A DNA stretch of 64,000 nt. Origin: Lepidodermella squamata (Eukaryota; Animalia; Gastrotricha). The translations under genes and the position numbers were made by a program. The DNA lies in contig JBLDXI010000009.1 of the NCBI GenBank assembly GCA_047495785.1, positions 2,418,001 to 2,482,000 on the forward strand, given 5' to 3'. Positions 58,201-64,000 of the stretch are shown one piece after another. The notes beneath the pieces were generated by a model. That model was not told the origin of the DNA. It saw only the letters and a list, made by a program, of their open reading frames with translations, and did no database searches. The stretch's first letter is position 1. Each line of letters opens with the position of its first letter.

Positions 58201-61200
58201 AAGCCAGAACTTGCTGAATTGCCACCATCGTCATCAAGCCCGACAGTATCTTCGTCAAAGTTGTCAGCTGGCATGTTGACGTTATTCATGCTAGTCATAT
58301 TTTTGGACGCCTTGATAATTATTTTGTATTTCAGCTGATTCACGGTTGGCCAGGCAGCGGCGTCGTAGTAGTCTGGGTATGAGAAGTTGTTGTCAGTAAC
58401 CACCTTATCTTTGAAAACAGCCTTAAAAATAGCAGCCATTTTCTTCTGCTGCTGAACTGTACAGTGGTTTTCGATTGAAACCGTAACTGGGTAGGGCGAT
58501 GTTTTGAAAGCACACTCGTTGATCGCTTCGATGACCTTGTAGAAGCAGATTTTCGATGTAAGAGTGCGGCCATGATAAACCACCGGGTAGCCTTCGTCCC
58601 CATCCCAGCAATCCAGCTCAACACACCTACAACCCGCCAGAAGAGCTTCGGTATACATATCGACCGATGACTCGCCTTTTAACTGATGTCCCGTAAGATA
58701 GGTGTTATGGCTCGAAGAGATGAAGTAATGAGACAGAGGATGGTCCATGTCTTCTAACAGCTGGTCATTGCTCGGAATATACGCAAAATTCTCGCGATCA
58801 GCCATCATTCGACAGAATCCTTCTAGTGATAAGCGGTGGGAGGACCGAAGGTCAAAGTTTGGCTCATGAATGTTGATCAACCGAACGATTTCTTCCTCCT
58901 CAAGTACCTCGCCTTGGTAACCTGCGAAGAAGTTCATCAGCGCTGGGAGATTCAAGGTATCATATCGATCACTAGCGTTTTCATGCGGATTTCCCATTAG
59001 ATGGTCAACTATCCCCGGAATTAGTCTACCCTGGTCAACCAGCCTATCAGCGTAATAGTTTTGAGTTAGCGCTAGGGTATCGTCGCGCAGATTGCCTTCT
59101 TCGCCGAAATTACGATCAAGCTGGTTGTCGGCGGATGACCTTGAATTGGAGGGATCACTTAGAAGTTGGATGAAGATTTCCTCAAGATCTTTCCGCATAG
59201 CGACGTAGTAATACTTGGTAAACTGCAGATATTGCAGGAAAGACAAACGACTCGACGGATCCAGTGAAAAAGTAGCGCTCGTTCTGGGTAAAGAATCCAC
59301 CCGACCGATTGATTCCGATCTTGATGATCTCTCTGTGTCGCTGTTGTGTTTTCCAAGAGGTTTCAAACTTGAAGTTCGGCATGCTTGTTTCGGTGATTTC
59401 ATTACTACTTCGGACAAGGGACGGTAGCCAACTTGCTTCCAAGACTTATCTTTGCGAATGGAAACCATAAGTCGCAATGTTTCATCGTTAGCTAAGCTGT
59501 CCATGAATCGACGTCGAGTGGTTGAATATCGGGACACAATGACTGATGGGCGAGCAGTGTTTCTCAGTGCACCACTAGCTTTAGGGGTGATTCTTCGGTA
59601 AAAAGCGGCTACTTTTGTCGCGCAGGCATTCGATATTTGTTTCTGACGAAGTCTCATTCGCCGCAAAGTTGTGATCAGCGTTCGAGTATCATTCACCTCA
59701 TTGTTTGAGTTTGTTGACATAGTATTAGCTTCAGTAGACTCGTTACTAGGTCGATACTCGCCCGTTGCCCCAGGATTGACAGAAATCGGAGCATATTGGA
59801 TTTGAAGCCTCCGAAAAACTTCACAGGCTCGGGGAGGTTCGCACTTGCTGTTCTCGTAAAACAACTCCATGTAAATGCGTTTGAGCCAAATAATTCTGCG
59901 ATCTAATTGAAGAGCATTCCATTTCCGTCTACTCTCCAACAAGCCCTCTAATATGCTGTTCAGCGCCTTGGAACTTTCTCTAGGTATCACAAGAGAAAAT
60001 TCTCGGTTTTCAGAGATGGAAGAACCAAAGCGTATCTTTATCACAAGACCCTCGCGGAAAGGTAACTTGTGCTTCTTGAAGACGGATACATAGTCAACAG
60101 AACTGCCTTTCGTAATTGATTTGATAAGATCGACATCTATGTAGCCGTTTTCTGCCTCCAGATGCGTCTTCTCCCCCGAGGAATATCTAGCCTCGAGTGC
60201 TGATGGGAAGTACTGCTCAATGCTATCAAAAAGCCCGCCACTATCGCTGAACGAAAGATGAGGTGAATTTGAGATGTTGCCCCAGTTGGGTCGGTGCCAC
60301 GTTAAGGTGGAGTTATCGGGTTCGAGTTTAAGGTAGACGAAACACGAGTCGTTAGTTGTTTCGTGGTCGAAGACAATGACGGCGGTTATGCCATGCTGCA
60401 AAACCTGCAGATGCCGCCTGTTGAAAGAAGCTAGCTCGCATGAGTAAATATCGGCGAATTTCGCGGCGTAAGCTATAGGCTGAATAGGGTCGAAGCCATC
60501 GGCTGAAGCAGCACCCGGCTGATGTTGATGAATCAGAGGCGCTGACATGACTGAATGTAATGCCTTGTTGTTATGGAGCATGCTGTTAGTGTCGCTCGGA
60601 GTTTCATCGCCCTCCTTTGACCTTACAGTAGGGAGCGTAGATACCGAGCTTGGATCGCGCAGTTTAGGTAGGAATGAAGCGATGCAAGCAATGATCTCCC
60701 TTACTTTGGCTTGTTCGCAAGGCTTCAGTTGTGAGATATTTGGCTCGTGTAAAGGCGACGTGTTAAGAATCAAATCAGGTAAGTTTGACGTTGGAATCGA
60801 ACTCTGATGTCGAATCTGATGAGCAGTGCAGCTGTTGTTACATTTTGACCCGAACCCCGTGGACAGTACGAAATTTAGATCCTTCAAGAAGCTTCCGAAA
60901 TAGGGTACTGTAGCACAAGGGTCGATTATCAGGGCTCTTTGAACACTTTCGGAGTATCTATCAGTGCTATTCGATAGAATATGATAAGCAATGGCCGAGA
61001 CCTGATTCATTACTGGCGAGTCCGTTGAGATACTATGAAGGGATGCGGATGCCAGCCCAGCACAAATCTCAACGACGGCATTGAAATTTCCGTAATTCCT
61101 AAAAAAAATTAGAAGAGATTGAAGCGAGGTAAGGTTAGGTCATCTAATTCTTACCAACTACAGTACACAATTCTAAGAAGGCAAGAGAGAACCGCACATC

Positions 61201-64000
61201 GCTCTTCGCTGGTTTCAGCAGAGGGAATCATGTGGTTTACCCAATTCTTCACCTTCCAAAAGTGCTCGATCATGTTTCGAAGGTCGGGAGGTAACGCTGC
61301 TATCGCATTTCTATCAGAATCGCCGTAGAAGCTGTTGCTCGTCAATTTCAGAGGCTTCTTTTGCATCGCTGCAGCAACAAATTGTTCAGGTGTGATCTTC
61401 GCGAAAAGCTCTCTTTCTTTCTGCAGCAGTCGAATGGCAACTTCCTCAGGGAAATGAATCAAAACGCGAAGGACTTGGAGGTCAGTGTCGCCGAAGTCAG
61501 GTCCACCTTTTATTGCTCTTGGGCTTATAAAGCCGAGGTCGAAGAAGAACCGGTCGCTCCTCCGGCTCTCTCGATTTATCATCGCATCTGTGAAAGCTCT
61601 GCGAATTAGCTGCAGCTCATCTTCGTTTTCGGCCTGAAGAATCCATGGTTTGTTATTCTTGTGGGACAACTCAATGTGGATAGTGAAAGGCAGCGCTGAC
61701 TTTTGAGGAACAGTGCATGATTTCAGTTTCTCAATATGGAAAAACTTCAAAAGCTGTTTCGTCTCACCGTCCAGTAGGTTAACATCATCATTTCGAATGA
61801 CCAAGACCCGCGACGCGTTTTTCTTTGATGTTGTGCAGTCAGCCTCTTTCACCATGAACATTGCAGTCGCTCCGTAACAAGGCAGACCCTCGCAAACTTT
61901 AGTGTAAAGAGACTTCAAACGCTCGTCATCTTCGTAGAATGCAGAGTGGAACAGTTTGGCTTGTTTGTTACAGATCGATTCGTAAAGATCTGGCGAGTTT
62001 ATCCATTCGGGTGCAATGTAATTGCTAAGGTCCAGGTCTTGAATGACGTTGGCAATGTTGTGCATAGATTCTGTCGCCGTTTTCGAGCAGCACCAGTTGT
62101 TTTGAGAGCTTAAGCTTGAGAGGCGGCGTTTGATGGATTGAGTTGAGCGTCGCTTTCGAATTCGCCCAGAAAACCGCCGGATTGAGGACGCTGAACCAAG
62201 GGACATTCGCTCCCAAAAAGTATGGCCTCTGGAATCAACGGACGCTCCTTTTCGACTGCGTGCATTGTTGTACAACGGTTTCACGGTTACACCGGGTTTT
62301 CGAGAGTCTCTTTCAAAAATAAAAAACGAGCACATCATTGTGTACTTTCGGTTTTGCCATCTTAATTTTAACTAAATCTGAAAAACCCAATTCTAAACCC
62401 GTTGGTGTTTTCTCATATCTATTTCGGGAGAGTTCCTTAGTATTTAGGGATCAGGTGCCATTTATTGGTACTCGGCATGACCCGGGGGAGGATGAAACAA
62501 AATGATATTTTAATCGATAGTAACCTTAGGGGGACTTCCTGAAGGTACGAAATTAGGAAATTGAAGTTCCGGATAGGATGTGATCCTAAGTTTATGCTTA
62601 TCTAACCGCCGGGATAGCCATGATCTCAATTGTGGGAAACATCTGAGGTCAGCCTGAATATAATAGGCCGCGGGCCCATCGGGTTGAAAAGCAAGATTGT
62701 AGTGATACAACTTACAGTAAGATGTGTATGGCTGCCAGTTGAGCAGCTTCATCCAAACTACACGGCAGCTCGCCGTCTAGAATCATACGCTGATGACGGC
62801 GATACTCACGATCCATGGTCGAATTCTGCCGCTCACAGAACAGCTGTTTTTCGCGTAGTAGATACTCACATTGTTCGATCTCACTGGATTTCCGCTCGTT
62901 GAGCACCAGGCCCGTCCTAACCGTGTCATCAGAGAAGGCAACAGTCAACTGCTTGTGGCTCGCCTCCGTCAGCTCGAAAGCGCCGCCACTAGCCTGCTCC
63001 AGCCTGCCACATGACGACGCGGTGAGCAGATCGCCTGGCTTGAGCAAACCCACCGGGTTGGATGAACGCGCGCTACGGCTCTTCGAGTCACTGCTTATTC
63101 GGAAGACAGTTCGCGGGGCAGATTTCAGAAACTCGAAAGCCAACTGAGTCGCAACTGCCGCCTTATTGCTGTATGAAGACGTAGTAACGAGATCTGGCGC
63201 GGAGGACATTTCTTTCACGTCGGTAGCGTTGTTTTTCTTTGAAGAAGACATCGTGCAGTCCTAAACAATGATAACAAGATGCGGTGAAAAAAATTACGCT
63301 AAGCCGCAGGTAATATACATTTTAATTTCCCGCATTTTCCGTACTAAATTTTTCGTCCTTCCGTAAGCTAACTTCCAGGTCGATACGACGTCCTATGCAA
63401 TAATCGGGGACATTGTTGAATATTAAGATTGATTACTTATAACTACAAAAATCCCTGATTTAGGATTACTTCTAATTGCTACAAATAACGTACTTTTTCA
63501 TCGAAGAACTCTTGATCCGGAGTCTCTAGCCTTGTAATTTCGGCCGCCATTTGTAGCTGATGAAAGCTGAATGCCATAGTTGCGCGTGCCCCCAGTTCCG
63601 AATCGCTCGCATTCTTCTTCCTCGATTGCCACTCAGGTTTGCTCTTCGAACTGCCCAGCCAAGTCGGTAACCCCCAAAGACTGCTTCTGAGAGACTGGCC
63701 TTTCCCCTCAGATTCGCTCTCCTTACTCCTGAATATTCGGAAATAGCGTCGTCGGAGCCGCTTCGGGATTCGAAATGAACAGGGTGGAGCATCGACCGAG
63801 GAAGAAATTGTGCCGATCGACTTCGAGTTCCTTTCCACGATACCGCTAGTTTTGTTTAGCCGCTCGACACGACTCTGATGTGGCATCATGGCCGTCTTCC
63901 TATGCCGAGAACGAGACCCGGTCTGACTTCTCCTGATATTACCTAGGTCTTCGATACTTGCCATGCCGATATCAGCATTTGATATATCAATGCTCTGCTG
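55260..64000 (-). CDS. PLCE1: Second phospholipase C-epsilon paralog (5' end at or beyond window edge)
   Basis: Exons >64000-63494, 63260-62716, 62309-61155, 61098-57594, 57542-57082, 57031-~55474 and ~55419-55260. FERM-B (ELPCSLDEAAQLAAI), RasGEF (CSW|NYGNFN, VPYFGSFLKDL), SSHNTYLTGHQL, CRCVELDCWDG, RIYPGG.RIDSSN, C2 and two RA domains. Confidence 0.93.

Noticed and set aside
775-63792. Many alternative-frame and antisense ORFs overlapping the DGAT, PLC and GPCR exons (e.g. 833-1375, 14581-15060, 34204-34785, 54019-54354)
   Set aside because: Shadows of GC-richer coding exons with no independent motifs.

Overview
Compact, intron-containing animal genomic DNA, probably an invertebrate and possibly a spiralian. 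Most introns are 45-60 nt GT-AG with T-rich acceptors; I see no prokaryotic features. From left to right: (1) a co-oriented tandem array of five DGAT2/MOGAT-family acyltransferase genes (1-9354; the first is cut by the window edge), the fifth with a 3.5-kb intron full of transposon relics; (2) TMEM128; (3) a very large phospholipase C-epsilon gene (11023-40857). My hand-built model has 17 exons and about 4,500 aa, with ankyrin repeats, an apparently split REM, FERM B/C lobes, RasGEF, PH, EF, X/Y, C2 and two RA domains. Its introns carry a tRNA-Leu(AAG), a tRNA-derived SINE-like element, MITEs and MULE/pogo relics; (4) a local duplication (offset about 8-10 kb) giving two tail-less GABA-B-like class C GPCR genes plus decayed copies of the last two PLC exons, with LINE fragments and a hairpin between them; (5) a class A GPCR with a very long second extracellular loop on the minus strand; (6) a second, convergent PLC-epsilon paralog (55260 to beyond 64000) that shares no intron position with the first in the alignable region. 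Exon boundaries were inferred by eye from splice signals and frame continuity. Family assignments rest on recognised motifs; no database searches were run.
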